A DNA stretch of 64,000 nt, taken from positions 1 through 64,000 of the forward strand of contig CAWJLW010000006.1 of the NCBI GenBank assembly GCA_963843795.1. Direction: 5' to 3'. Made by a program: the position numbers and the translations under genes. The notes below the pieces were generated by a model that saw nothing but the letters and a program-made list of their open reading frames with translations, did not search any database and was not told the origin of the DNA. The stretch comes from an uncultured bacterium (lineage in GTDB: Bacteria > Armatimonadota > Abditibacteriia > Abditibacteriales > Abditibacteriaceae). This document shows, piece by piece, positions 12,021 to 22,331 of this stretch. Positions within the stretch are counted from its first letter, which is position 1; each line of letters begins with the position of its first letter.

Positions 12021-12644
12021 ATGAAAAAACTTCTTCTCACGGCCTTCGAGCCTTTTGGCGGTGAAATCATCAACCCTTCGCTCGAAATCGCGCGCGTTAT
12101 CCAGAACATGCATTTTGCCCACGCTCACGTTGAAGTTGTCGAGCTACCCGTCGCCCGTTTTCAAGCCACAGAGATCGCGATCAGATGTATGCGCAGGGCA
12201 AAGCCCGATGTTGTGCTGATGCTGGGCGAAGCAGGAAGTCGTTTGGGTATCACTCCCGAACGCGTGGCGATCAATCTGGACGACTTTCCCATTCCCGACA
12301 AAGAGGGTAATCAGCCCCAAGGTGAGCCGATCATTACACAGGGGCCGGTCGGATATTTTTCCACCTTGCCGCTTGATAAGATCGTGACCCAATTAAAGAT
12401 AGCGCACATTCCAGCCAAGATTTCTAATTCTGCAGGTTTGTATCTCTGCAATCGACTCTTTTACAGCGTGATGCACTGGGTCACGCTGGAACAATTACCT
12501 ATCCGCGCCGGTTTCATCCATCTTCCTTATCTGCACGAACAAACTGTCAATAAGAGTCTTGATGTGCCGAGCTTATCGCGTGAGACCATGACCGAAGCCG
12601 TGCGAATCGCCATCGAAATGTCGTTACAAGCATGTTCCAGCTGA
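12021..12644 (+). CDS. pcp: Pyroglutamyl-peptidase I
   Basis: LLTAFEPFGGE, PERVAIN (Glu), SAGLYLCN (Cys), GFIHLP (His). Confidence 0.95.
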   Translation: MKKLLLTAFEPFGGEIINPSLEIARVIQNMHFAHAHVEVVELPVARFQATEIAIRCMRRAKPDVVLMLGEAGSRLGITPERVAINLDDFPIPDKEGNQPQGEPIITQGPVGYFSTLPLDKIVTQLKIAHIPAKISNSAGLYLCNRLFYSVMHWVTLEQLPIRAGFIHLPYLHEQTVNKSLDVPSLSRETMTEAVRIAIEMSLQACSS

Positions 12645-12916
12645 CCTGCTATATAAGGAAGGTCTATATATAATAACGTGATCCACTAGCATCATCCTTT
12701 TTAATGCCAGATTTCTTTAATTAATCTGCTGCCAGTAAAGTAGACCATTTGAAGAGTCATTGTATAAAACGTCAACATCACTGCGCCTTCTTGTGAAGGA
12801 CAACGGCCTTTGTTGCTCATTTCGGCACGCTTTTCAAGAACTATGCTGATGCACTTCTTCTATCCCAATCTCCATTTTGTTAACTGTTACATATATCGTG
12901 AAATATTAGTTTTCGA

Positions 12917-12974
12917 AAAAGCAAAAAGCGCGCTGCAAGTACTGCGCAGTACCTGCAGCGCGCTTTTTGCTTTT
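12917..12974. terminator. 58-bp near-perfect palindrome with doubled core variant; likely bidirectional terminator
   Basis: AAAAGCAAAAAGCGCGCTGCAAGTACTGC|GCAGTACCTGCAGCGCGCTTTTTGCTTTT, one mismatch; lies between convergent genes. Confidence 0.8.
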
Positions 12975-12982
12975 GGTCTCAC

Positions 12983-14668
12983 TCAGGCAGAGTAAAATGT
13001 CGGCGATTTTTCGCGCATCCAATGTGCCAGCGTAAGTTCGGGAAAAATGTTGTCGTGGGCGCAAAGGAAATCGAGATAGATGCGCTGACCTTCGCTCATG
13101 AATTCGCCATTTGCTATGGTTTCGGCAATCTCTTGCAAACGCTGGAAAGCGGCGACGTGATCGGCGAAACAATTGGCGGCTTGGTGAGCGGGAACGCGAT
13201 GCAGGGCGGCACCGGTCGAGACTTCTGTGGGCCAGTCGCCGCTTTCCAAGAGCAGCAGTTCGCGCGCGGCCTGAAGCAGCACTTCGTGCAGTTTCGGGTT
13301 GTTGGTATCGTAGTGAGCGTGCACCAGTTGTTCCATCTCGTTTTCGCAGGCGGCGATGACGGGCCACAGCCATTCGGTTTGCGCATTGAGCCATAGCGAA
13401 GTTTCGACCTCGCTTTCGGGTGTGAGAGGTTGAGTATCGACGATGTGAGTGGCATCGCCAGTCGTTTCCTGCATCGCGTCCATCGTGACCGATTCGCGCG
13501 CCGGTTGCAATTTCAAGGTTTCGCTGTGTGCGACTTTTTTCAAGACGCGGTAAAGCCAGTTCGGCCCTTCAAACCAGCGTTGGCCCAATAGATCGGCTTC
13601 AAAAGTCGCGCACAATCGTGTGCCTTCTTCTCGCCATTGCGCGGCGCGCTCCAGCCAATGCGCGGCCTGCGCGTCGCACACCGTGGCGTTGCCCAGAGGT
13701 TCAAAAATCTCGCGCTCGGTCAGCAAGGAATCGCTTTCGCTGATGCGCCACAAGCGCAGATGACCTGGTTCTGCGCGACGTTCGGCATCCAAAAAACGCT
13801 CGTCGCCCGCGTAGCCCGCGCGGCTCCATACTTGTTCGCACAACGCGTCGTGAGGTCGCAAAAGCGCAACATCGCCCACGACGGCTACGCCTCCCGCATG
13901 TTGTGAAACTTCGCTATTATCGCTATCGAGCAGGGCACTTAACAGTGGCGAGGTCGCCGCCAGGTAACGCGTGGCGGCATCGTTGCGCGCACTCGGAGCG
14001 CCTGCGATGGCGTATTCGAAACCGGCTTCGGAAACGAGATTGGCCAGGCGCGGCGTCGGGCCATCGCCGGGCCGTCGCCAATCGAGTGGTAACCACACGC
14101 CGCGTGCGCGGCGTGCGAAATGTTTTTTGTAGTTTTCAGCGGCTATGGAAAGCTGCGCAGCAATCGCGGTTTCGCTGTGCAAATAAGGCAAGTGAGCGCC
14201 GGTCGCGGGTGCGCTAAAAATCTCGATGCGGTTCTCGTCTTGCAAAAGGCGCAAAATTTCCATCGGATCGCGTTTGAAAATTTCTTCCCAATCGCGTTCG
14301 GCGCTTTGGTACCAGTTTTCCCAAAACAACGATAAATTAGCGAATTCTTCCTGACCGCGCGCCGCGAACTCGCGTTCGTGGGCGCGGCACAATGCGATGT
14401 GGCGATGCAAGTACTTTTCGTAAGCGGACGACAAACTCAAATCGCTCAGCATTTCGCATAAAATCGGCGACAAACCTAACGAAAGCGGCGCGTCGATATT
14501 TTCGTTTTTCAAACGCAGTAGCGTTTTCAAAAGCGGCGAAAACGATTCGGCCAAAAAGGCGAACCAGGCATCGGAAGCACTGCTATCGGCTTGACGGCGC
14601 GCGACCGCGCCCACGTAAGGTGTGTGTGCGTGAATGGCGATAGTTAAAGGAATCGGCGTGGTGCTCAT
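12983..14668 (-). CDS. GH57/DUF1957 glucan branching enzyme-like protein, catalytic motifs degenerate
   Basis: HAHTPY, LSLGLSPILCEML, THxxLP-like TGAHLPYL, RGVWLP, EQVWS, WFEGP, QAARELLLLESGDW. Confidence 0.8.
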   Translation of the reverse strand: MSTTPIPLTIAIHAHTPYVGAVARRQADSSASDAWFAFLAESFSPLLKTLLRLKNENIDAPLSLGLSPILCEMLSDLSLSSAYEKYLHRHIALCRAHEREFAARGQEEFANLSLFWENWYQSAERDWEEIFKRDPMEILRLLQDENRIEIFSAPATGAHLPYLHSETAIAAQLSIAAENYKKHFARRARGVWLPLDWRRPGDGPTPRLANLVSEAGFEYAIAGAPSARNDAATRYLAATSPLLSALLDSDNSEVSQHAGGVAVVGDVALLRPHDALCEQVWSRAGYAGDERFLDAERRAEPGHLRLWRISESDSLLTEREIFEPLGNATVCDAQAAHWLERAAQWREEGTRLCATFEADLLGQRWFEGPNWLYRVLKKVAHSETLKLQPARESVTMDAMQETTGDATHIVDTQPLTPESEVETSLWLNAQTEWLWPVIAACENEMEQLVHAHYDTNNPKLHEVLLQAARELLLLESGDWPTEVSTGAALHRVPAHQAANCFADHVAAFQRLQEIAETIANGEFMSEGQRIYLDFLCAHDNIFPELTLAHWMREKSPTFYSA

Positions 14669-14776
14669 AAAGATGATGGCGAAATTCGAGGTCAATAGAT
14701 CACAGACAACCGCACAATAAAAATTGTCCGGCGGGTACTTGCTACTGTTGTTTTGCCACATTTTAGTCGCATTTCA

Positions 14777-14821
14777 ATTTCAAAAACGTCCCGCAAGTAA
14801 CTTGCGGGACGTTTTTGAAAT
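14777..14821. terminator. 45-bp hairpin with 13-bp core variant GCAAGTAACTTGC
   Basis: ATTTCAAAAACGTCCCGCAAGT-A-ACTTGCGGGACGTTTTTGAAAT, downstream of the minus-strand TPR gene. Confidence 0.75.
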
Positions 14822-14924
14822 CTGGCAACCTGAAACCGCCCTGAATTTTCACAACGATTTTCAGTGAAATAATCGACCAATCTTAAATTCTGTGTTACGG
14901 ATTTTTAAGAAATTCTTTTCGTTT

Positions 14925-16967
14925 CTAACTCGCGGCTTCCATCGCCTGTGTAGCAGTTTTTTCGGCTTCAAAGGCAGCGTTCATTTCTCGAGCGACTTCA
15001 CTGAAAGCGCGTCGTGTCGCGGCGTCGAGTTGCGGATCATCCAATCGGCTGCGCGCGGGCAAAATGGCCCGCGCGGTTTGGAGATGCACGATGGCTTGAC
15101 GGAACTGTCGGGCGGCGTTTTGCAACATTTTCGAATTTAAATCGCTCGCAGCGGCATCGCAAAATGCGGCAGCACCACGTCGAGCGGTAATCCAATTGTT
15201 GAGCGGGCTGCCAAACCATTCGAGCAAACCACGCGCGATGCGACCGTTGTCGCGCTGCGTGGCAGCAGGTGCTTGGGGCAGCGGCGTCGCGGTCGGCGCG
15301 GGCGTGCTGTCGGGCAGAGCGTTCAGGTTTTCGTCGGGTACGGGCAGTTGAGCGCGCGCAGGCGCATCGTCGAAGCCGGGCGTGGCGAATTCGGCCAGTG
15401 GAGTAACGGCGGGCGCGCGCGACAAAAGTTGACATTCGCGCGCGATTTGCGAGAGTGCTTCTAAATTCAACAAAGCTTGTCCCGCTTGCGGACGCTTCAT
15501 CAAGGCGACGGCGCGACCCAAAGCGCGCTTATGTGCCGAAGGCAGCGAAAGGGATTTCAAGTCGTAGATGAATGTTGGCGTGTCCTGATTAGGCAGCGGT
15601 GTTGCGGTCGGCGCGGGCGTCGGTGCGGTGTTCGGGCTGTCGATAGATTTGGGTTGCGGTGTTGCGCTGAGGCGCGCTTCGATGCGCGAAGTGTTTGTGG
15701 CGAGTGTGGGACGACTTCCGCGCGTGCCGAAGCCGATCATACCGAACGCGCCGCCGATAGGCGAGGAAGCTTGCCAGCTTGCGGCCAATTCCTGAGTGGA
15801 AACCGTTTCCAAACGCGCGCCGTTTTGCAAATAAACCAATCCGCGATTGGAATCGTAACCCACCGCTAAATTCCAGCGCCCGTTGAAAATTAGCGGCGGC
15901 TGCGCCATATCGAGTTCGCGCTGCAAATCGCGAAGAGCGTTCGCGCTGTTGCCACCGGATAAAGGTGCGTAACGCAAACCGGCATTCGAGATGATGTTTT
16001 CCCATTGTACATCAGGAAAAGTCACCGCACGCGAGGGATCAGTGGCTTGATAACCGACATAAAACGGCGTTAAAGTCCAGCCGCGCAAAACGCTTTCGCC
16101 CACATTCAAACCGCGCGCGCCCAATTCTAATCGCAGTGCGTTCAACATTCCGCTGGGGTCCTTGAGATCAATCGGCGGCACTGAGGGCACGTCGATTAAA
16201 ACCCGACGTGCGGCGGGCCGACTCGCGCTGTCGGTGTAATAGAGCAGGCCCAAACGTTCTTTGGCGTCACTGGCATAAACGCTTTGGGGATAACGCTTGA
16301 AAGTCGCTTCATAAGCGCTTTTGGCCCACTCTTTGTGCTTGGCGTCGGGCCATAACGTTTCGTAGGCAACGCCAAGATGGTACTGGGCTTCAGCACAGCG
16401 TTCGGTTTGCTTGGGATAGCGTTGCAGCACGCGCTGAAACCACATCTGCGCGTTTTCGCCATCGCGTTGCGACAAGGCGATACGACCCAATTTCACCATC
16501 GCTTCGGGCGCATAGTCGCGCGAACTGCTATAACGCTCCAACAAAGTGCTGTAAAGCGTTTTTGCAAGCGGCAAATCATTTAAATCAGTCATTGCAATCG
16601 TCGCAGCAGAAGACAAGGCACTGCCCGCCAGCGGGTTAGCTGGGTAGGTATCGGCGAGCTTTTTGTAGGTATCGACGGCGCCGCGCAATTTGATCACATT
16701 GCCATCGGGCCGCCCCAGCGCCGCCAGGATCGAAGCTGTGCCTTCCAGGGCTTGCGGCGCATAGCTGGAATTGGGATGCGAACTGAGCAAAACCGCGTAA
16801 TGCCGAAGCGCCAGATCGTATTGCCCGGCATCTTCCATGCGCTTGGCTTTGTAGAACATATCGGCAGTCGGATCGGGCAACATGGCGCGCATTAACAAGG
16901 CCAGAATTAAAATTGCTGGCAGTGCGGCGAGCAGAGTCGGCCAAAGCGCCGTTTTTTTCGTCGTCAT
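14925..16967 (-). CDS. Membrane-anchored tetratricopeptide-repeat protein with a central papain/C39-like domain and Pro/Thr-rich linkers
   Basis: N-terminal TM segment; CpoB/BamD-style repeats (HPNSSYAPQAL, YPKQTERCAEAQYHLG, YPQSVYASDAKERL); LAVGYDSNRGLVYLQN. Confidence 0.7.
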   Translation of the reverse strand: MTTKKTALWPTLLAALPAILILALLMRAMLPDPTADMFYKAKRMEDAGQYDLALRHYAVLLSSHPNSSYAPQALEGTASILAALGRPDGNVIKLRGAVDTYKKLADTYPANPLAGSALSSAATIAMTDLNDLPLAKTLYSTLLERYSSSRDYAPEAMVKLGRIALSQRDGENAQMWFQRVLQRYPKQTERCAEAQYHLGVAYETLWPDAKHKEWAKSAYEATFKRYPQSVYASDAKERLGLLYYTDSASRPAARRVLIDVPSVPPIDLKDPSGMLNALRLELGARGLNVGESVLRGWTLTPFYVGYQATDPSRAVTFPDVQWENIISNAGLRYAPLSGGNSANALRDLQRELDMAQPPLIFNGRWNLAVGYDSNRGLVYLQNGARLETVSTQELAASWQASSPIGGAFGMIGFGTRGSRPTLATNTSRIEARLSATPQPKSIDSPNTAPTPAPTATPLPNQDTPTFIYDLKSLSLPSAHKRALGRAVALMKRPQAGQALLNLEALSQIARECQLLSRAPAVTPLAEFATPGFDDAPARAQLPVPDENLNALPDSTPAPTATPLPQAPAATQRDNGRIARGLLEWFGSPLNNWITARRGAAAFCDAAASDLNSKMLQNAARQFRQAIVHLQTARAILPARSRLDDPQLDAATRRAFSEVAREMNAAFEAEKTATQAMEAAS

Positions 16968-16987
16968 AAATCGAAGTTTAACGTGGG

Positions 16988-17035
16988 AATTGTCATTTCA
17001 GTGCTGCAAGTACTTGCAGCACTGAAATGACAATT
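16988..17035. repeat. 48-bp perfect loop-less palindrome centred on GCAAGTACTTGC
   Basis: AATTGTCATTTCAGTGCTGCAAGT|ACTTGCAGCACTGAAATGACAATT. Confidence 0.97.
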
Positions 17036-17057
17036 GTAGAAACCTGTTCTGCCCTTT

Positions 17058-18923
17058 TCACAAAGGTGCGAACAAACCTTCTAAGCCCGGAGTTTCTTTT
17101 TCTAAACGCTTTTCCAGCGCTTCCATTTCTTCCTGCAATTCATACGGCAGATGATCGCCAAAACGCTCATAGTTTTTTCGGATATCATCGGCCTCGCGTT
17201 GCCATTCGCTTTCGTCTACCGCAAGTACTTGCCGCATGGTTTCCAGAGAAATTTTTAAGCCTTGGGTATCAATATCGTCGGGCGTCGGTACCAAGCCTAT
17301 CGGCGTAATCTGTGCCTTGGCGGGCGTGGCGCTTTTTTCATCATCGGCGTCGCAGCGCTCGAAAATCCATTTCAATACACGCGCGTTTTCGCCGTAGCCC
17401 GGCCACATAAACTTGCCGTTTTCATCTTTGCGAAACCAGTTGACAGCGAAGAATTTGGGCAGCGTAGTGCGCGCGCCGCCGCTTTCCATATCGAGCCAGT
17501 GCGCGAAATAATCATCCATGTGGTAACCGCAAAACGGCAGCATCGCAAACGGATCGCGCCGAATCTTACCGACCGCACCGCTGGAAGCCGCTGTCGTTTC
17601 GCTGGCAATCGTTGAACCCACGAAAACCCCATGCTTCCAATCAAACGCTTGAAACACCAACGGCACCGTTGTCGGACGGCGACCGCCGAACAAAAACGCC
17701 GAAATTGGCACGCCGAACGGATCTTCCCATTTTGGGTCAATCGAAGGACATTGAGCTGCCGCAACCGTGAAACGCGCGTTCGGATGTGCCGCTGGAGTTT
17801 CGCTTTTCGGTGTCCATTCTTCGCCGCGCCAATCGATTAAGTGCGGCGGCGCAGAGTCGGTCAAACCTTCCCACCACACGCCGCCTTCGGGCGTTAATGC
17901 CACGTTAGTGAAAATCGCATTACGCGCCAAAGTTTTCATGGCGTTCGGGTTGTTATCCGGTGAAGTTCCCGGTGCTACACCGAAGAAGCCGGCTTCGGGG
18001 TTAATCGCATACAAACGTCCGTCCGCGCCCCATTTCATCCATGCAATATCATCACCGACCGTCTCGACTTTCCAACCCGGCAAGTGCGGCTGCAACATCG
18101 CCAAATTCGTCTTGCCGCAGGCCGAAGGAAACGCTGCGGCGATATATTTTTTGCGCCCCTCGGGATTGGTCAAGCCCAGAATCAACATATGCTCGGCCAA
18201 CCATTTATGATCGCGCGCCATCTTCGAAGCGATGCGCAGGGCGAAACATTTTTTGCCCAAAAGCGCGTTGCCGCCATAACCGGAGCCGTAGCTCCAAATT
18301 TTGCGCGCATCGGGAAAATGCGCGATGACAGTGTTTTCGGGATCGCACGGCCACGGCACATCTTCTTGGCCTTCGGCAAGCGGCATTCCGACCGAATGCA
18401 AGCAGCGCACGAACGGATTATCACCCAATATATCCAACACATCGCGCCCGACGCGCGCCATAATGTGCATGGAAGCTGCGACATACGGCGAATCGGTCAC
18501 TTGAACGCCGATGAGTGAAATACGAGAACCCAGTGGCCCCATCGAAAACGGAATCACGTACATCGTGCGCCCACTCATGCTACCATCGAACAAACGATAA
18601 AGTTCGGTTTTGGTAGCTTTGGGTTCGCGCCAGTTATTGGTCGGCCCAGCATCGCTACGCCGCCGCGAGCAGATGAAAGTGCGCTCTTCAACTCGTGCTA
18701 CATCACGCGCATCGGAGCGGCACAGGTATGAATTGGGATGCAATTTTTCGTTTAGTTTGAGCGCGGTACCTTGTTCAACCATTAAGTCGCACAGCAGTTG
18801 ATATTCCTCGGGTGAACCGTCGCACCAGTGAATTGCTTTGGGCCGACATAAAGCGACTTTACCGGCGACCCAATCGAGCAGTAATTCGTTTAATGTCCAA
18901 TTGTAGGGAAAATTTAAATTCAC
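17058..18923 (-). CDS. pckG: Phosphoenolpyruvate carboxykinase (GTP); start codon approximate
   Basis: [81 protein letters not shown]. Confidence 0.96.
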   Translation of the reverse strand: MNLNFPYNWTLNELLLDWVAGKVALCRPKAIHWCDGSPEEYQLLCDLMVEQGTALKLNEKLHPNSYLCRSDARDVARVEERTFICSRRRSDAGPTNNWREPKATKTELYRLFDGSMSGRTMYVIPFSMGPLGSRISLIGVQVTDSPYVAASMHIMARVGRDVLDILGDNPFVRCLHSVGMPLAEGQEDVPWPCDPENTVIAHFPDARKIWSYGSGYGGNALLGKKCFALRIASKMARDHKWLAEHMLILGLTNPEGRKKYIAAAFPSACGKTNLAMLQPHLPGWKVETVGDDIAWMKWGADGRLYAINPEAGFFGVAPGTSPDNNPNAMKTLARNAIFTNVALTPEGGVWWEGLTDSAPPHLIDWRGEEWTPKSETPAAHPNARFTVAAAQCPSIDPKWEDPFGVPISAFLFGGRRPTTVPLVFQAFDWKHGVFVGSTIASETTAASSGAVGKIRRDPFAMLPFCGYHMDDYFAHWLDMESGGARTTLPKFFAVNWFRKDENGKFMWPGYGENARVLKWIFERCDADDEKSATPAKAQITPIGLVPTPDDIDTQGLKISLETMRQVLAVDESEWQREADDIRKNYERFGDHLPYELQEEMEALEKRLEKETPGLEGLFAPL

Positions 18924-18942
18924 GAAACGCTCCTTCAAAGCC

Positions 18943-18960
18943 GTTGCAAGTACTTGCAAC
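18943..18960. repeat. Palindrome copy GTTGCAAGTACTTGCAAC in a divergent intergenic region
   Basis: Exact core 18946-18957; imperfect extension AAAGCC...GGCTTT. Confidence 0.95.
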
Positions 18961-19061
18961 AGGCTTTTCTATGCGCGCAGTTTAGAACAATGAGATTTGC
19001 GCGCATTTTTGGCGCGCATTTTGCCGATAAACAATGACAAGAAACTTCAAGGAGAAAAGCA

Positions 19062-19715
19062 ATGAAAAACGTAGGTAAGCGCAATTGGTTGGCTTTGGTC
19101 GCCCTCGCTTTGGGCGGCACAGTGATGACGCCACAGGCGAAGGCAGATCATCACATGAACGACCCGAAAATGGATTCGAGTGAGGCGCAGATGTTGATTC
19201 AAACTCTGAGCGAAGAAAAAACCGAAATCCAGCAACTTGCCGCTCAACAGGCCAAGTTCAAAACGATGGGCGACAAAAACAGTATGAAATTGGCCATGAT
19301 GTGGGGCCGTTGGATTCGCGAACATAAAGCGGCCGGGCCGACTTTGATGAAGCTCATTAAAAAGCATGGTGGCGATCCGATGCGCGCTACAGTTTTGAAA
19401 ACGCCGTCATCGGGCACGATGGATCAAATGCTGCGCAATACGCACATGGATCACCAGGCCGCTGTGATGACTTCGCAAATGCGCTATAGCAAAACGGGCG
19501 ATCCAATGGTGAAAAAAGCCATGCACGCGCGTGCCAATCTAGCGCGCAAACATCTGAACCAAATGGCACCTTACTATCAGATGGCGCATCCCGAAGAAAA
19601 TGCGCAGGCGCAGAATGTGGCGATGATGTGTCCGCATTGCAATGTCGCGATGAAAGGTGGCGTTTGTCCCAAATGCGGCATGACGATGGAACAGATGAAG
19701 AAAGAAAAAATGTAA
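19062..19715 (+). CDS. Secreted Met/His-rich DUF305/ferritin-like helical protein with C-terminal CxxC-CxxC metal-binding motif
   Basis: RBS AAGGAG; signal peptide; HMDHQAAVMTS; CPHC...CPKCGM. Confidence 0.6.
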   Translation: MKNVGKRNWLALVALALGGTVMTPQAKADHHMNDPKMDSSEAQMLIQTLSEEKTEIQQLAAQQAKFKTMGDKNSMKLAMMWGRWIREHKAAGPTLMKLIKKHGGDPMRATVLKTPSSGTMDQMLRNTHMDHQAAVMTSQMRYSKTGDPMVKKAMHARANLARKHLNQMAPYYQMAHPEENAQAQNVAMMCPHCNVAMKGGVCPKCGMTMEQMKKEKM

Positions 19716-19738
19716 AAACGTCTTAGTCAAAGCTATTC

Positions 19739-19769
19739 AAAAGCCCGTCCAATTTTGGACGGGCTTTTT
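19739..19769 (+). terminator. Intrinsic terminator
   Basis: AAAAGCCCGTCC-AATTTT-GGACGGGCTTTTT after the stop codon. Confidence 0.85.
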
Positions 19770-19946
19770 GTATTTGCGCTAAGTTTCGCCGTAAATAACT
19801 CCTGCAAGTACTTGCACAGCATAGAAGTCGCTCTTAAGTGAGCTTGTAATGCAACTTTGCCTGCGTGCTCGCGTCGAAAACCTTTACGCTGATAAAGCGT
19901 AAATTCAATCAATAAGAATAGAAACGAATATCGTAAGGAAAATTTC

Positions 19947-21146
19947 ATGAAAACACGCTTTTTAATGCGTCGCACTTTGTTAATCGCACTGCTGGCCAGC
20001 GGCGTTGGTGCAAGTACTTGCACTCTCACGCGTGCTCAAAATGCGGCACCCGCCGTTGCCGCCGATGAACTGATTCCACTGCGCGCCAAATGGACACAGG
20101 GCGAAAAATTATCTTATGAAATGCGCTTGGACGGCACGATCAATATGCAAGCCTCGCGCAATAGACCCTCACCTTTCGCGGGTGTGCCACTCGATATTGA
20201 CATGAAAATGTTGGGCGCGACCACTTTGGAAACCCTCAAAGTCGATGAAATGGGTACAGGAACCGTCGCTATGAGCCTGGACGGATTGAAAGTTCTGGCG
20301 CAAAGTTTCGGGCAAAAAGCCGAAATCACTGTCAATAATGGCGAAACTGTATTTTTGCTCAACGGCAAGCGTATGGGCGCACAAAACGCCAAAAAGCCCA
20401 ATGAAGTGAAGAAAATTGAAGCGCCTTTCGCGCTGGAAATTTCCGATCGGGGTCGCATTTTAAAAGCTGTGCCCACTGCCACAGAACCAGTTGTTGAAAA
20501 CGCCGAAGGGGCAGCAAAGCCTAATCTTCTGCCATTCAATTTTAATCAAATGGCGGAATCAGTTTTCTGGCGCATCATTCCCGCATTATGGCCAGCACAA
20601 GCTGTGAAAATCGGTGATAAATGGGCTTCTGAAATCTCATGGCCCGTGCCCGCAGTGGCCGCTACTCAAGGCGATGCCACTAACATTCAACCCGCTCAAC
20701 TCGGCCACTTCGATTTCGAGTTGAAAGGCAGCGAAAACGTTGCCGGTCGTCGGGTTGTGCGCGTGGGCATTGACGGCAAAGTCGAACTCGACGAGGCTCA
20801 GTCGCGCAATTTGAGCATGGCCGCGAAAAATGAAGTTGATAAGCGCGTTCAAGAAGCTATCGATAAAGCCAAAATCGAGGGTGCAAAAGTCGCGGCACCG
20901 GTGCGCCCACCGTTCAGCACGCAGCTCAAAGGGGTAGCGCAAAAAATTAATGGCAACATCTGGGTCGATGCCGATAAGGGTCAGATCGTGCGCGCCGAAC
21001 TCAACATTGAAGGTCAAACTTCGGCGCAAGATGTGCCCGATAACGCCAACGTGAAGCTCAAAGATGGCGAATCGTGGTTCGATTTCGCGGGCACGATGCA
21101 ACTGCAATTGAAGCCGCCCACTGCGACACCTGTCGTCTTGCCCTAG
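19947..21146 (+). CDS. Secreted hypothetical protein (beta-rich, DUF6263-like)
   Basis: 399 aa ORF with signal peptide; LRAKWTQGEKLSY and WPAQAVKIGDKW motifs. Confidence 0.7.
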   Translation: MKTRFLMRRTLLIALLASGVGASTCTLTRAQNAAPAVAADELIPLRAKWTQGEKLSYEMRLDGTINMQASRNRPSPFAGVPLDIDMKMLGATTLETLKVDEMGTGTVAMSLDGLKVLAQSFGQKAEITVNNGETVFLLNGKRMGAQNAKKPNEVKKIEAPFALEISDRGRILKAVPTATEPVVENAEGAAKPNLLPFNFNQMAESVFWRIIPALWPAQAVKIGDKWASEISWPVPAVAATQGDATNIQPAQLGHFDFELKGSENVAGRRVVRVGIDGKVELDEAQSRNLSMAAKNEVDKRVQEAIDKAKIEGAKVAAPVRPPFSTQLKGVAQKINGNIWVDADKGQIVRAELNIEGQTSAQDVPDNANVKLKDGESWFDFAGTMQLQLKPPTATPVVLP

Positions 21147-21163
21147 ATATTACCAACAAGGTT

Positions 21164-21195
21164 AATCTGCGCTGCAAGTACTTGCAGCGCAGATT
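21164..21195. repeat. 32-bp perfect loop-less palindrome centred on GCAAGTACTTGC, followed by a T-tract
   Basis: AATCTGCGCTGCAAGT|ACTTGCAGCGCAGATT TTTT. Confidence 0.97.
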
Positions 21196-21219
21196 TTTTA
21201 GATTTCATATGAGGTCGTT

Positions 21220-22023
21220 ATGAAAAATCGCGTTTTTTCACTGTTTTTGACGGGCGCATTTTGTCTGAGCGCTCTTGCGCCGGTGCAGGCGGGAATGTTC
21301 AAAATCAGTCCGAGCGGCGAGCGCCGCATCGGCGAGGACGCTTCCAAACAAGTCGAAGCGCAAACCCGCGTCATGACTGGCCCGGTCGCCGATTGGGTCG
21401 AGCGCGTTGGCAACCGCTTAGTCGAAAAATCCGATCCGGAATTCAAATATTCTTTCCGCGTTATCGACAGCCCCGAAATCAACGCCTTCGCGCTGCCTTC
21501 GGGCTACATTTATGTGTTTAGCGGCCTGAGTAAAGTCGCGCGCAACGACGATGAACTGGCTGCGGTTCTCGCGCACGAAATCACCCATGCCGAACAGCAC
21601 CATTACGCACGCCAATATGCCAAAGCTTCCAAACGTGGTACGATTTTGGGCTTGGCATCGATCTTCGTAGGCTTGCCGAATTTAGCGCAAAACGTTCTTG
21701 GCATCATTGATTTTTCGATGACGCAGCGTTACTCGCGCGTTCACGAAAGCGAATCGGATCGTCTGGGCATGGAGCGCATGGTGCGCGCCGGATACGATCC
21801 GCAGGGTATGGTGAGCCTGCTGCAACGCTTGCAAAAGCAAGAAGGTGATTTGAAGAATCTGGATAAATGGTTTGCCGACCATCCTGCTGCAGATGACCGC
21901 GTGCGCAAAGCTCAAGCGCAGTTGCAACAATTGAAAGCGACCGGCCACACTGCGCCCGATCCTGAAGAAAACGGCGAGGCGGCTGATGATACGCTTGAAA
22001 CGGTGAAAACCGAGACGAAATAA
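21220..22023 (+). CDS. M48 family zinc metallopeptidase (BepA/LoiP-like)
   Basis: INAFALPSGYIYV, DELAAVLAHEITH (HEXXH), YSRVHESESD, WFADHP. Confidence 0.92.
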   Translation: MKNRVFSLFLTGAFCLSALAPVQAGMFKISPSGERRIGEDASKQVEAQTRVMTGPVADWVERVGNRLVEKSDPEFKYSFRVIDSPEINAFALPSGYIYVFSGLSKVARNDDELAAVLAHEITHAEQHHYARQYAKASKRGTILGLASIFVGLPNLAQNVLGIIDFSMTQRYSRVHESESDRLGMERMVRAGYDPQGMVSLLQRLQKQEGDLKNLDKWFADHPAADDRVRKAQAQLQQLKATGHTAPDPEENGEAADDTLETVKTETK

Positions 22024-22052
22024 GACTCGAGAAAATTTTTCTGCGAGTTGTC

Positions 22053-22081
22053 TTGCGGGCCGTGAACTGTTTCGGTATAAT
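22053..22081 (+). promoter_or_regulatory. Sigma70 promoter of the tRNA cluster
   Basis: TTGCGG-17 bp-TATAAT. Confidence 0.65.
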
Positions 22082-22115
22082 GGTTTGGGCGTCCGCGATT
22101 GATGTGCTGCTTCAT

Positions 22116-22205
22116 GGAGGGGTACCCAAGTGGCTGAAGGGGCGGGTTTGCTAAACCTGTAGAGTGTCGTAAGGCGCTGCGAGGGTTCGAATCCCTCTCC
22201 CTCCG
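22116..22205 (+). tRNA. tRNA-Ser(GCT)
   Basis: Cloverleaf with long variable arm, anticodon loop TTGCTAA, T-loop GTTCGAATC; CCA not encoded. Confidence 0.93.
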
Positions 22206-22248
22206 TGTCGGTTTTCACATCATTGCAGTCAGTCAAAACGTTAGAAAT

Positions 22249-22322
<74 letters not shown>

Positions 22323-22331
22323 GTTCAATCG

